Shown piece by piece: positions 38,588 to 50,850 of a stretch of 64,000 bases of DNA. The notes below the pieces were generated by a model, which had not been told where the DNA came from, did not search any database, and was given only the letters and a program-made list of their open reading frames with translations. Origin of the DNA: Haliotis cracherodii (Eukaryota). How positions within the stretch are numbered: the stretch's first letter is position 1; every line of letters begins with the position of its first letter. The stretch spans positions 5,084,001 through 5,148,000 of the forward strand of contig NW_027266266.1 of the NCBI RefSeq assembly GCF_022045235.1, read 5' to 3'. Position numbers and translations under genes: made by a program.

Positions 38588-41500
38588 ATGAATTCTCTTC
38601 TTCTTGCTACAGCTCTTGCTTGCCTGGGTCATGTTCTTTTGGCTCAAACAAGTCCTGCGGTGAGTTAATATATTTTCGTAATTGGATATTATGTAAAACA
38701 TGTTCCATTGCATGATTGACAGCAAACATTTAAGTTCAATTATTAGAATGTTATGAAACTCAAACTATTTATATGCCAGAAAATACTGTAATTATATAAA
38801 ACCTGGTCTTGTATCTGACCTCGGTGTTATATCTGACCACGGTGGACCTACAAGGACAATTAATGAAAGTTTCATCGGCATGTGCGTTACGGGTCACTGG
38901 ATGTTCTAGTCCATCACTTGATTGTCACGATTGTTTACATGCAACCGTTGCATGGCAGTAGCATCACTGTTGTGTTAGTCGGGCAACAAGCACAATTGCT
39001 GTAACATGCACTGTGTGTGGCGGGTGCTTCCAGTATGGAAGGACATCAAGGACTTTCAATCATATAAATTTCACCGCGAATCTGTTTCAGCGTATAATCA
39101 AGATTGGTTATTCTCTGCCATTGACGTTTTGTACGTACAGTAAACTACGGTTATAACGAACACGCTTATAACGAACTAACGGATATAACGAACTAACTTT
39201 TTAGTCCCGACTATATGCTGTAGTTATGCTGTATATATGCTTATAACGAATTACGGTCAAAACGAACTAAAATTAGTAGTCCCTTTGAGTTCGTTACAAT
39301 CGTAGTTTACTGTATATCCGTCCCTTGTGGGGGCACGGGTGGCCCAGTTGTCAAAGGCAACGCAATTCGCTGTGTTGAGTTGCGTTCCTTGACCACGCCA
39401 GAAACCTATGATTCTGGGTTCGGTTCCCGATTCGCCCCGATTATGTATCTAGGTTTGTCAGCACAATACCCGTGCTCGTGGGTTTCACCAACGTGGAAAC
39501 CTGCATCACTTCGGACTTTTCTCCCACATGAAGTTAATGGGCGTGATATAATTGGAATACGGTTCAAGGCGGCGTTAAGCCTCACTCACTCACTCACTCA
39601 CTCACGCAACGAGGTCAGAACATCTAAGCCATCGTTATCTTGGCGTTGAAAGAAACCTGGCGTTTAAAATAATTATATAACTACATATTTTCATTTTTTG
39701 CCTATTTTAGGCGAGCATAAAGGCGTCATGGACTCGGGTCGTGACTCCAACCGTAACAGCAAAGGAAAGAGCCGTTATAAACGACGCTGCCAAGACCATC
39801 AAATTCGTCGCTCCATCCAGGGCTCTGGCATCTGTTGGTCTGAAAAGCAACGCCGAGTATATTGAATACAACACGGTACGTGATTCGGGTATACTATGAG
39901 ATGTAAACAAAAGCGAATGTGTTTCATCGGAAAAGGATTCCTTATTGTTTAATGTCTATTTGATATGGACCTATGTAGTAGACTGTGCTATATTATTTTC
40001 AGACGTACATATCACGGATGTTGATCTCAGTAAGCGACAACGTATCATAAACACACACTATTTACATCTTACTGGGAAGGTGATCGATAACTGGACTGCT
40101 CGTTACTTTCAGGAAATGTTTGCTGTGAAACTTTTCGATCGGCCAGTTAAGACTTGTTTCATTTTCAACGGTACCAACGTGCTTGATACATTCTCCGCCA
40201 CAAGTGCTGACTTGCAAGCCCGAGTTGTAAGTTGTCAGTCATTACCGGTTCTGTTTGTTTTTTCTCAAATATTCAACTGGCAAGAATGATACATGTAACA
40301 AATGTCATATTTGGGATAAGACTTTCTTAGTTAAGTACAGATTCCTTTTGGGTTGAGTCCCGTCCGGGACTCGAACCCACACCGCCAGAGTGAGGCAACT
40401 AATCGCCAGCACACAGAGTCAGCGATCTAACCCACTCAGCCACCGAGGCCTCTACAAAATTGAAACTGGTAGTCTAGATCACGTACTTTGTGTACCCCTC
40501 TGACAAGTGTATGATACATACAAGAATGGTACATTTTACAAATATAAACATGATTTTATGTCGGGATTATTGTGGGATTCTATTGGCACGCCCGCCCACC
40601 CGCACACACTCGCTGTTTGAATCCAAGCTTGTTCTAAATGAAAATAAAATGATAATTGTAGAGAGAATAACCGTGACATATTTTTTAATTATAGCAAGTG
40701 AATCCAGGGATGGAGAAGCAGTTTATGACCCTGACAACGCCAATGGACGCAGCAAGTCAGGCCACCTTGAACACGGCCAATCCATTCATCGCAACAGAAT
40801 GTGCAGCCACAACCTACATTGACACGACAGAGTTGTCTGCAGGTGAAGCAATGTTGCAATGTGTCTTGTCTGCGTGAACAATCGCCCCAACTCAATTTAT
40901 ATCCTTATAATTAAGTTGTCGTTGTGTGCATTGATATTCCTGCATTCTGATTAACTGAATTGGTCACGTGTTATTGCATTCATTTCCCGATGAACGTAAA
41001 CAATTAAGCCACGCCCACCGAGGCGCACTACTTTTTTTACTGCGGAATCCCGGGGAATCCCAATATTACAGTTGAGGGAATTTCCTTTCTGCTCACGTGT
41101 ATCGTCATGCACAGGACATTTAGCGACTTTCATGCATATTCATTGTCCAAACTACCCTTTGAAACCGAAGGCCGAGAATGAATGAAACAGCAAACGAACA
41201 GGCTCGCTCGCCTGTTTTTTTTCCGATCGCCCCGTTCAACTTTCATGTCTTCGGGTTTCATTTCTGACCAGCCTTTTTTTCCTACTGTGTTTTACCGTAA
41301 TCAGGGAAGTAATGTTTGAATCTGGCGGTAACTGACCATGTTATTTGAAACAGCCGCCTTCTCCCGGACATATTTCTTCCGGTTCTTTACAGTCTGACTG
41401 TTGCAGTTCTTTTCGCCTCTTGCCATAATTGACAGGTCCAATGAACATAGATTTGATCCTACTTTCCGTTGATTGGCTACTGACTGTGTAGGCGTGTCAA

Positions 41501-44500
41501 GTTGTGTGCATAAATTAAACGATCCCCTGATTCATGTCACGCCAAAGTGTATATTCCTACACCTGGAATGTTTATCAATCTCGTCATTTTTGTCTGTTTT
41601 TATATATACAACTGTTTTAGTTAAACTATTGTACATAAAACATGTTATACGTTGTCGAATTTAATTTTAAGCATTGACTGTATTTATTTCGGTTCATTGA
41701 GGTATGAATCGAAAAACCGATGTGCGGATTCTTACAAATGTTTGCACATCGGTTTTTCGATTCATACCTCAATGAACCGAAAATAAAACAGTCAATCCTT
41801 AAATGATTATTCTTCGGCTATTAATTTTACAGTTGGTGTCTAAAGTATAACCTTTAAAAACGTAGAGAGTGCTCCATCATCCCGAGGCAAGAGAGTTAAC
41901 TTTACTTTAAAGTCCAGTTTCCACACTTGCCGAACTAGACTGGTATTATGGAGTTATATTTTGGCTGGACTATAAAGTCTGTGCATAGTCCAATCATAAT
42001 TGCGAAATGAAATCGATATCCGGTTCGTAAACTGCCGTGCAGATTTCGATCGATTGTAGGATTTGCAAAGCATGTGTACTGCCAACTCGGCGTCAACAGA
42101 TATTTCCCGAATCCTTTCAAACTTTTAATCAAGGTTCTTTCGTGATTTGATCCACTTCGCGAAGTAAGACCCGTTTTATCACTTTTAATCTTGATTTTCG
42201 ATAGGATCGTCTTGACTGGGCGCCTCCATTTTGTTTGAAGCAAATGCAAGTGATATGCGAGGTGGAATTTGGTTGGTCAGTTGTGGGGTTATCGGAGGGA
42301 AATAACTCGTAATAGCCACTGGTGGCGCTAGGTTCGGCAAGGATGGAAACTGGACTTTAAGAGTCAGTTGACGCAGTTGCCTCGGGAAGATGGGGGTAAC
42401 TTAATATTTCTAAATTGTGAGACACATTATTTTCTAGTAATAGTTGCATGATAAGAATAAACGAAGTTGGACTAGGTAGTGAAGTATGACAGTAGATGGT
42501 ATGACTGCCAACGATCTTGAAGGACCATATAGGTAAGATGGGAAATTTCAAAGTTGACGTTTTTGGATCAGTAGTGCGTAATACCGCCAAGATTTGTCAA
42601 AAATTCATTCAATCGACGAGGCATTCTGCCCCAACGTCTCCCAATGGCAATTTGGAGGTCTGTCTCATTCCTTTGCAACCCTTCGCCAAGTTCAGCTGAC
42701 ATGATCACCAGTTGACGTTGATGCGAACGTCTCCCTATCGAGTCCTAGACGTGTTCAGTGGGGGGCCATCTGGGCTCATTACTGGACATGGCATTCTAGG
42801 GATGTTGTGCTGCTGGAGGTGAGCCTTGACGATTCGTGCACGGTGGGCATGGGCGTTGACGTCCTGAAAGACGAAACGTCGACCCACACGTCTTGCAAAC
42901 TGGACAACAAATGGTTTTAGTATATTTTCCTGATAGTACTGTCCAGTGACAATTGCTTGCACGATATGAAGTGGGGTTCGCTCATTGAATGGTGATGCAA
43001 CCCCTGCCAAGTGCAAAGTGAATCGGGACTCATTTGAAAGCATGACACGTGAACAGCGACGTTTACCCAAGTTTCGACTGTCTGTACACCGTTGCGTCTG
43101 TAGGCAATATGACGATTTGTAAGGGGCGACACAACACGTGGTCATCGAGCATGGAGACGAGCTGTATGTAGACGATTTCTAATCGTGTGACCCGTAATTC
43201 GTACTCGAGTAGCGTGAAGAACGTTTGCGGAAATTTGATTCACCGTTCGAGCTCGATTTCGAAGAGCCTGGACCGCCTCTGTGGCCTGGTGTTAGAGCGT
43301 CCGCCCGGAGAGCCTGGACCGCCTCTGTGGCCTGGTGTAAGAGCGTCCGCCCGGAGAGCCTGGACCGCCTCTGTGGCCTGGTGTTAGAGCGTCCGCCCGG
43401 AGAGCCTGGACCGCCTCTGTGGCCTGGTGTTAGAACGTCCGCCCGGAGAGCCTGGACCGCCTCTGTGGCCTGGTGTTAGAACGTCCGCCCGGAGAGCCTG
43501 GACCGCCTCTGTGGCCTGGTGTTAGAACGTCCGCCAGGAGAGCCTGGACCGCCTCTGTGGCCTGGTGTTAGAACGTCCGCCCGGAGAGCCTGGACCGCCT
43601 CTGTGGCCTGGTGTTAGAACGTCCGCCCGGAGAGCCTGGACCGCCTCTGTGGCCTGGTGTTAGAACGTCCGCCCGGAGAGCCTGGACCGCTTCTGTGGCC
43701 TGGTGTTAGATTTTTTTTATAATAACCATTTGATAATATTAAGCTTAAGTACATGTATAAGGCAAACGATGTGGTCTTATGGTTACGTCTTGGTCTTAAT
43801 AGATGCAACCCGTGAAGATCCGGGGTAGAATAGTTCTTCAGCAACCCAAGCTTGCCATAAAAGGCGACTAACGTGATCGGGTGTCAGGCTCGCTGACTTG
43901 GTTGATGCATGTCATTGTATCCCAATTGCGTAAATCAATGCTCATGATATCAATCACTGTATTGTCTGGTCCAGACTCGATTATTTACAGACCGCCGTCA
44001 TATAGCTGGAATATTGCTGAGTACGGCATTAAACAACAAACAAACAAGCATTTCTTAATAGATGCCTTTGTATATTATTTGATGACTTGATGCCTTTTTA
44101 TTTCAAACTGTATTGAATACGTGCATACTATTTGATGAAGACAATTTCAATTGGAAGATAGTGTTTAGGACTCAATGTGATCATATTAGTAATGGTCTTG
44201 AATGCATGTATCCTACATGCTGATAATGATATTGACTACATGCATACTACATTAAAGTATGGTTATAACGAAGTCAAAGGGACTACTAATTTTAGTTCGT
44301 TATAACCGTAGTTCGTTATAAGCATATATACAGCATAACTAAAGCAAATAGTTGGGACTAAAAAGTAAGTTCGTTATATCCGTCAGTTCGTTATAAGCGT
44401 GTTCGTTATAACCGTAGTTTACTGTATTTGCATACGAAAATGTTTTTATAATGGTGTTCCAGGGTCCACTGCTCCCGCTAACAGTGAAGTTGTGACGTTC

Positions 44501-44539
44501 CCGACGCTGTGGGGCAAACTAACGCTGTACATCCTGTAG
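38588..44539 (+). CDS. Secreted BRICHOS-like protein, paralog B, 191 aa. Exons: 38588-38659, 39711-39875, 40113-40226, 40695-40842, 44463-44539
   Basis: GT-AG introns, phases 0,0,0,1, 576 nt open frame. MNSLLLATALACLGHVLLAQTSPA / ASIKASWTRVV...YIEYNT / EMFAVKLFDRPVKTCFIF...LQARV / QVNPG...NPFIATECAATTYIDTTELSA / GSTAPANSEVVTFPTLWGKLTLYIL-stop. Aligns exon by exon with paralogs A and C. Confidence 0.85.
39138..39312. mobile_element. Tc1/mariner-type MITE; inverted second copy at 44250-44424
   Basis: TA-CAGTAAACTACG...CGTAGTTTACTG-TA ends; internal TTATAACGAAC repeats. Confidence 0.85.
40320..40452 (-). mobile_element. tRNA-derived SINE, fifth family (single partial copy)
   Basis: Minus strand GGTGGCTGAGTGGGTTAG A box and GGTTCGAGTCCC B box with no closing acceptor stem. 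Confidence 0.55.
41550..41802. repeat. Foldback (palindromic) dispersed repeat; homologous segment at 2470-2650
   Basis: 41667-41802 is a hairpin with ~60-bp arms; 41550-41720 matches 2470-2643. Similar short foldbacks at 20131-20251 and 57235-57289. Confidence 0.75.
41874..42393. mobile_element. MITE with ~65-bp imperfect TIRs; second copy from ~63770 to the window end
   Basis: CCATCATCCCGAGGCAA...AGTCCAGTTTCCAC-ACTTGCCGAAC mirrored at 42330-42393; the left end recurs at 63781-64000. Confidence 0.75.
42600..43260 (-). mobile_element. Highly degenerate Tc1-family fragment
   Basis: VMLSNESRF, FQDVNAHAHRARIV, MSPD...PLN in ORF 42735-43145. Confidence 0.75.
43264..43710 (+). repeat. Tandem array, 46-bp unit x ~9.7, derived from the SINE-D head
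   Basis: GAGCCTGGACCGCCTCTGTGGCCTGGTGTTAGA(G/A)CGTCCGCCCGGA, near-identical units. Confidence 0.95.
43808..44047 (+). mobile_element. SINE-like family A, full-length copy in intron 4 of paralog B
   Basis: Matches the 1435-1677 copy end to end. Confidence 0.85.
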
Positions 44540-45362
44540 GCAACTGGTTCCGCCGTCATCTGCCTCGTGGTTTGGGAAAATATCCCTTTATGATGTGTAC
44601 TTATGAACATATTAAAATATCATTTTCTTGACTCTCTTAATTCAAAATTTATTTCCCAAATATAATGGACAACTTTCACTTACTATTACGCTTTGATTCA
44701 ACCTACTGTGTGAGTTCGTAAATGAGTTGGGTCGCTTTCAGCATTATTTTATAAATATCACGGTAAAGACGGCCAAAGAGTTCCACACATTGTACCCATG
44801 ACAGGAAGCGTAGCCAGGCCCGAGGTTATAAAACTTCATGCTCAAATCCGGTTTCTGGCTGAACTTAAATCTAAGACTCAATAAACGGAGGTTATGAATA
44901 ATCTGAGTACGTTTTCGTGCTCAACTTCAGCATGAAATACGTACGATCTCAAGTACGCTTTGGACCGTGCTCAACGCTGAGTTCGATATCAACAATGGCA
45001 GCCCACCTGCGTCAGACTCGACACACCACTTCCTTTTATTTCTGCAAACAGAAGTTGTTCTCGTTGGATCACCTCCTGGACAAGACACACTTCCTCCGCC
45101 TGTGACCGCCTTCTTGACTCGGGCACGCTCTTCGTTGCCATTGGAAATAATCGGACGACAACATCCGGGTTGTTTTCTTACCTTTCTCGACGGAAGAGTT
45201 CCAAATTGTCGCTTGTTTCATAAACACAGAGTACTTTGAGCATGCTCAAGCCGAGCGTGAGTAGTGCTCACCTGAATATGAATGATGTTTATTCTCGTAA
45301 ATCACGGCAGTGATACAAAGATGTAATTGGACACAGGAAAAAGATACGATGAAGAAAACATG

Positions 45363-48300
45363 TCAGTGGAAAATTTCCATACATGATCTTATATAACTTG
45401 CCAGTTTTAATAGAGTTGGCTTATAAGTAATGGACATCAAATGAGAGAATTTTACGGCAGAAGGATACATACAGTAGTATTGAGGCAAAAACTTGTTTCT
45501 AATTTCTGAGAGTTTTGGACATTCTAATAAAAAGTGCATTTCATCACATATAAAATTTTTACACAATGTACATTTTCTTTCCTCTCTCACAATATTATAC
45601 CATCTTCCTGTTTCAATGGGTAATCTATGATTTGCTGTTCTAAAACGAGCAAGAGAGATGCGTAAGGTGATTGGTAGTTCTAGTAAATAAGGTTCTAGAG
45701 ATGGTAACTCTTTAAACATGTTATAATAGTAACCTTTAGATGAATTTTCCTTTGATTCTCGCCATCTTTGCAGAAAATTATCAATGAGAACATGTTTCAC
45801 ATTTTGTTTCAACCATGCGACACTAATAAAGGTTTGAGACAGCCAAATGTAATTAAAGCCTATATTTTGAAGAATGCATTTTACTTCTTTTAATAGTGGG
45901 AAATGGTAATCTGGATTTGCAATGGACATTTGAAACATAAGTTTATATACTATACTAGAAAGGCTAGTTTGTGATGATGTTAGCTTGCACCAATATGAAA
46001 TCATTCTTATCTTAATGAAAATGCTGAGAGGATACCTCCCTAGTTCACCATATACCATGTAATCGGGTGTTGACTGTTTTAACTTGAGAATATATTTACA
46101 AAATTTAAGATGTACACGTTCAATGACAACAGTATTTTCAAAACCCCACACCTCAGATCCATATAACAATACTGGCTGAACAAGTTGATCAAATAATTTC
46201 AGTTGACAGTCAATAGGAATTTCTAATATTCTAATTTTACGAAATACAGCGTACATTGCTCTAGATGCCTGATCTGTCAGTCTCTTTAGTGCCTTACAGA
46301 ATCTACCAGTGTTTGTAAATAAAATACCAAGGTAAACATATTCTTTAACAACATGAAGAAACGAGCCATTTAACATAAACTTGAAGACTCTATTTGTGGA
46401 GCGCTTGGCAAAAATAACTACTTTCGTTTTGCCAACATTGACTTTAAGTTTCCAGATAGTACAATATTCTTCAAATATAGTGAGACACTTTCTTAAATCT
46501 TCTGGGCTTTCGGCCATTAAAACAGTATCGTCGGCATACAAAATGAGAAAAAGTTTTATGTACAGTTCAAGTGAATCTATTAAAAGGTTATTTACATGAT
46601 GCAGTCCTTCAAAGTCATTTTCAGATAAAAATTGTTCAAGGTCATTAAGGTACAAAGCAAACAGGAAAGGTGACAAATTTTCACCTTGTCTTACACCAAT
46701 TTGACATGGGAAGAAACCTGACACCTTGTTATTGTGTGTAACACAAGATTTGATATTTTGATATATATTATATATGACATTAAAACATTTTCCTTTGATA
46801 TTAGACTTTATCATTTTTGACCACAGACCACACCTCCATACTGTATCGAAAGCTTTGCTAAAATCGACGAAAACACAATACAACTTCTTATTAAGGTTTC
46901 TATAGATATCAATGAGAGCTTTAAGAATAAACATATTGTCAATTGTTGAGTATTTTTTTCTAAATCCTGCTTGCGCTTCGCTTATCAGATTAGTCTGAAC
47001 TGAGTAAGCTTGTAAACGATTATTCAATAGTGTAGTGAACAATTTACCTAAACAGCTTAGGATAGAAATACCTCTGTAATTGTCTGGGTCAGCTTGGTTT
47101 CCTTTGTTTTTGTAGATTGGTTTTATTTTGCCAACAAGCCAAGCTTCAGGTAAAACCCCAGTGTCAAAAACGAGGTTAAAAAGCCTTACGTAAACCGGCA
47201 TCATAACATGAATAGAGCTTTTAATGTACTCATTGTAAATACCATCCAACCCACAAGCCTTATTGTTCTTCAATGCACGGACAGCTGACATAATTTCTTC
47301 TTCTGTAATCCTACAATCTAAGATATCATCATGATTATCGTAATTTGTGTTATTGGCAAAAACATCGTCATTATCATCAGAACTTTGATTAAGATCTTTA
47401 AAAAATTGAAAAAAATTGTCAATACTGATTTTTTTCTGCTGTTTTCTTTGGTTCAAATGATTTTAAAATTTCCCAAAAATTCTTAGGGTTACTATCCTTA
47501 CATTCCCTCAGTTGTTGGGACACATTTGTCTATGTCTTAAATGCCTTCTTTAGGGTTTTACTATAAGCTCTACTAGCTGAAATGTACATAGCTTTGCTAT
47601 TACTGTCTTTAGTCCTTCCATATATACGTTTACGCTTGTGGTAAAATCTACGTGATGATTTACATTTTTCATCAAACCAGGGTTTATGCTTGTGCTTATG
47701 TACAGAATGTCTAGAATTTCTTACAGTACCTGGAGTAGTTTCAGCCGCAGTAACCAGCGTCTGAGAGGGTTTATTTACAATTTGGTTAATGTCATTTCGC
47801 TCTATTTGGTCTTTACATGCATCTAATTCTGTACACTGATGGGTAATGGCAACCTTATCGATATTACATAAAAATGTTTCACTTTTATCAGGAACCCATC
47901 TTTTTACAACTTTATGTACATGTACATCCTTGTCATCATCTATAACTGGAGATAGTTGTTGTGCTGTACAATCTAACGTTAACGATAAGCCACAGTGTAC
48001 ATCGGACGAGATCGGATCAAACTCCTGTACATGTACCTCAAAATCTATTGATAATGGGAATGTTTCTGCTGATGCAATACAATAATCGACAACACTGGCA
48101 TTTCTGCATGTCAGTTTACCAATACCCTTGTCTTTGCCTAATCTTCCATTCACAATATACAGCCCGTTATTTTTACATAAATCCAGGAGTTTATACCCGT
48201 TACAGTTTGTTTCAGTATCCATTGATATTCTATCTAAATTTACACCGGTGTCAACTAGAAGTTGTACATTTGAAAACAATAATTCCTCGTCAATAATATC

Positions 48301-48800
48301 ATTGTCACATAAATATTCGTCCAAAATGATAAAATCCGGAAGATTTTTAGTACGAAAATTCATATCACCAACAATACACATGTACTGTGAGCAGTTTGAC
48401 ATACGAATGATATCATTTTCTAGTGTTGTAAATATTTCCGGTGAATGAAATCTACTTTGCTCTGGTGGTATATACACAGTTCCTAGGATAAGGTCATCGT
48501 TAACATGCAGGAAATCACTTGGTATCTTACACCATAAAACAATATCATGCATCTTTTCGATGACGCTGACCTTGTCAAATAGTGTCTCTTTGATGGCTAC
48601 AATGATCCCGCCAGATACACGTGTGTTCAGTGCGTTAGTTCCGTTATTCATATGAACTGAGAATCCTGGGATTTTCACAGCATCTAAATCACACGTTTTA
48701 GTTTCAGTCTGACACAGTATATCGTATCTGGACACATCGTTCACAAAATCGGGGTTCAACAGCTTTGTCCTAATCCCACACACATTAAGAGACAGTATCT
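45363..48800 (-). pseudogene. LINE ORF2 (AP endonuclease, reverse transcriptase, C-terminal CCHC), interrupted in the linker
   Basis: APE motifs LSLNVCG, QTETK, VYIPP, GDMN, SVVDY, SDVH; RT motifs NYRGIS, QAGFR, VDFSKAFD, GVRQGENLSP, LYADD, YLG; C-terminal CTLC...EMHFLLECP. An in-frame TAG at 47530-47532 and a frameshift near 47458 split the ORF. Confidence 0.9.
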
Positions 48801-48870
48801 TAAGTTTCTCGTGGGAAGTTACGTTTTCACTGTTAGGCGACTCACGGGTTTGCTGACCTCCGTTATTCTC

Positions 48871-49812
48871 CTACCGCGGCCTGTTTTCTCCCGTGTCCTC
48901 AGTCCTGGCCATCTTGTTGGGTTGTCTGTTGTCTGACCGACCGAAGGCACTCGCGTATGATCTCCTGCTGGGGGGAGGGTCTCGTGGGGTGAGATCTATA
49001 AACGGGTCGTCTCCTGGGTACACACGTCTCCCGTCTATATACAGTCTGTCTACTGTGAGGTTAGACTTCAAACCACGCCTCCTTGCTTCCTTGAAAATGG
49101 GGAGTAGATATCTCCGTCTCTGCACAATCTCTTGAGGAAACTGTTCACTAACACCGAATTGCGTTTCTCTCAGCTGTCTTGTGTTAGTCAGGATTTCCCA
49201 CCGTTCGTCTGGATTTGCAAATTTTGCCACTATAGTACGTGGTCTGTTAGATAAGTGAGGGCCAATCCTATGTACACGTAAGAGGTGAATGTCTGTGTCA
49301 CACTTCATTTCTTTCTTTAAGAAACCTTGAATTACCTCTTTAGGTTCTTCTCCAGGCATTTCCGGGATCCCGTGAAAGAGTAAATTATCTCTCATAGAGC
49401 GTGTTTTCAGGTCAATGACATATTCTTTCAGGTCTCGCTGTTCCTGGTATATGGAGTCTATGTCATAAAACACGTCTTCTACATCTCTCGACAACCTGTC
49501 CCGATCATCGGTACTCTGTTCTGTCAGCTCCCGTACCTGTTGTTTCAGCTTTTTGTTTTCTGATGCAGTCTCTCTCACACAGGCTTCAAGCTTATCAACG
49601 CGAAGTGTTGTCTCTATCATTGTAATGTCGAGAGATGTCAGCTTATTGTCAATCATAGTTAATTTACTGTCAATGCTATCAACACACTGCATCCTCTGGT
49701 TTATGGAATGAACCATGGTAGTCAAGTGCCTCATTTGATCAAATAAGGTTTTAATCCATTCTGCGTTGTCAACACTGGACAACATGGCCTGGTTGAAAAT
49801 CCGTGTTGGCAT
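48871..49812 (-). CDS. LINE ORF1 protein (coiled coil plus L1-type RRM/CTD)
   Basis: Heptad-rich N-terminal half, then RSMRDNLLFHGIPE, VHRIG, PRTIVAKF, VSEQFP, LTVDRLYIDG motifs typical of L1-type ORF1. Confidence 0.85.
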   Translation of the reverse strand: MPTRIFNQAMLSSVDNAEWIKTLFDQMRHLTTMVHSINQRMQCVDSIDSKLTMIDNKLTSLDITMIETTLRVDKLEACVRETASENKKLKQQVRELTEQSTDDRDRLSRDVEDVFYDIDSIYQEQRDLKEYVIDLKTRSMRDNLLFHGIPEMPGEEPKEVIQGFLKKEMKCDTDIHLLRVHRIGPHLSNRPRTIVAKFANPDERWEILTNTRQLRETQFGVSEQFPQEIVQRRRYLLPIFKEARRRGLKSNLTVDRLYIDGRRVYPGDDPFIDLTPRDPPPSRRSYASAFGRSDNRQPNKMARTEDTGENRPR

Positions 49813-50254
49813 TCTGATGTTGTGAATGATTTTGGACGAAATGCGCCTCCATCACTGCACATCAATAATAAGATTTTCGCATATATTTATACAATGTCTG
49901 AATGTAGACTTACAGTTTGTACATGTCAATCTTGTTCGTGTCTCAATTTCTCGGTTAGCTATCAGGGCTATCAGAGCTCTCGAATAAACACGTCCCCATG
50001 CTACGAACCCAAGCTGTGTATCAAACTTAAGATGTTTTATAACCTCTGTTTGAGTACAAATCTCAACTGAGTACGAACTTGAGCATGAGCATGAAACTGA
50101 GTTGAGCACGAATTGTTTTTATTACCTCGGGGCCAGATCTTCAACGTGTCCGTGCTTTACCTTGGCTAAGCCATCGCTCAATGTCTTTGGATATCTTGAA
50201 TTTGATTGGTCAATCAGCGTTATCATGTCAAAGTAACACTCTTCTACGTGAATC

Positions 50255-50850
50255 CTATATGATGTAGATACATATAATGTAGATATAAATAATGTAGATA
50301 TACATAATTTAGATACACATAACTCTAGATACACATAATGTAGAAACATATATTATAGATACACATAATTGAGATACACATAATTAAGATACACATAATT
50401 AAGATATACATAATGTAGATACACATAATGTAGATACACATAATGTAAATACATAATTATAGATACATATAATGTATATATACGTAATGTAGAAATGAAT
50501 AATGTAGATACACATAATGTAGGTACACATAATGTAGATACACCTAATTTAGAGACATATAATGTAGATGCACATAATGTTGTGAACAATACTTCTCAGA
50601 AAGGAATATCAGTAGTGAGCCAGCACAACTTCACATTTATCGTTGGGCCATGTTCCCCTGTATGGATAATTTCTACCGATAAGGATAAAGTACGGATTAT
50701 TTCTAATGATATGGATAAGTATAAGATAATTTCTACCGATAAGGATAACGTATGGGTGATTTCTACCTCTATGGACCATTTCTAATGATATGGATAAGTA
50801 TGGATCATTTCTACCGATATGGATAAGTATGGATCATTTCTTCCGATGAC
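50255..50850. repeat. Two adjacent minisatellites (15-bp GATACACATAATGTA; longer GATATGGATAAGTATGGATCATTTCTACC-type unit)
   Basis: Tandem units at 50255-50580 and 50660-50850. Confidence 0.85.

Larger units (their letters stand above)
45275..49900 (-). mobile_element. Near full-length non-LTR retrotransposon (LINE; RTE-X/CR1-group-like)
   Basis: ORF1, AP endonuclease and RT in order; 3' end with AATAAA followed by a short ATTC-like tail near 45275-45295. The 5' boundary is approximate and the clade is not verified. Confidence 0.93.
44816..50135. mobile_element. Non-autonomous DNA transposon (MITE) split by the LINE insertion
   Basis: Left end AGGCCCGAGGTTATAAAACTTCATGCTCAA (44816) is the inverted counterpart of TTGAGCACGAATTGTTTTTATTACCTCGGGGCC (50102-50134); subterminal TGCTCAA/TTGAGCA repeats on both sides of the LINE. 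Confidence 0.65.

Noticed and set aside
39945-40112. N-terminal part of the 114-aa ORF
   Set aside because: Only 40113-40226 aligns with the paralogs and has matching splice sites; the rest is open intron.
41907-42360. Kolobok element with TTAA target duplication
   Set aside because: The inverted symmetry extends ~35 bp beyond TTAA and the copy at 63781 shares that flank, so TTAA is internal to the TIR.
43264-43710. CRISPR-like regular array
   Set aside because: Units are contiguous with no unique spacers, there are no cas genes, the context is eukaryotic, and the unit derives from SINE-D.
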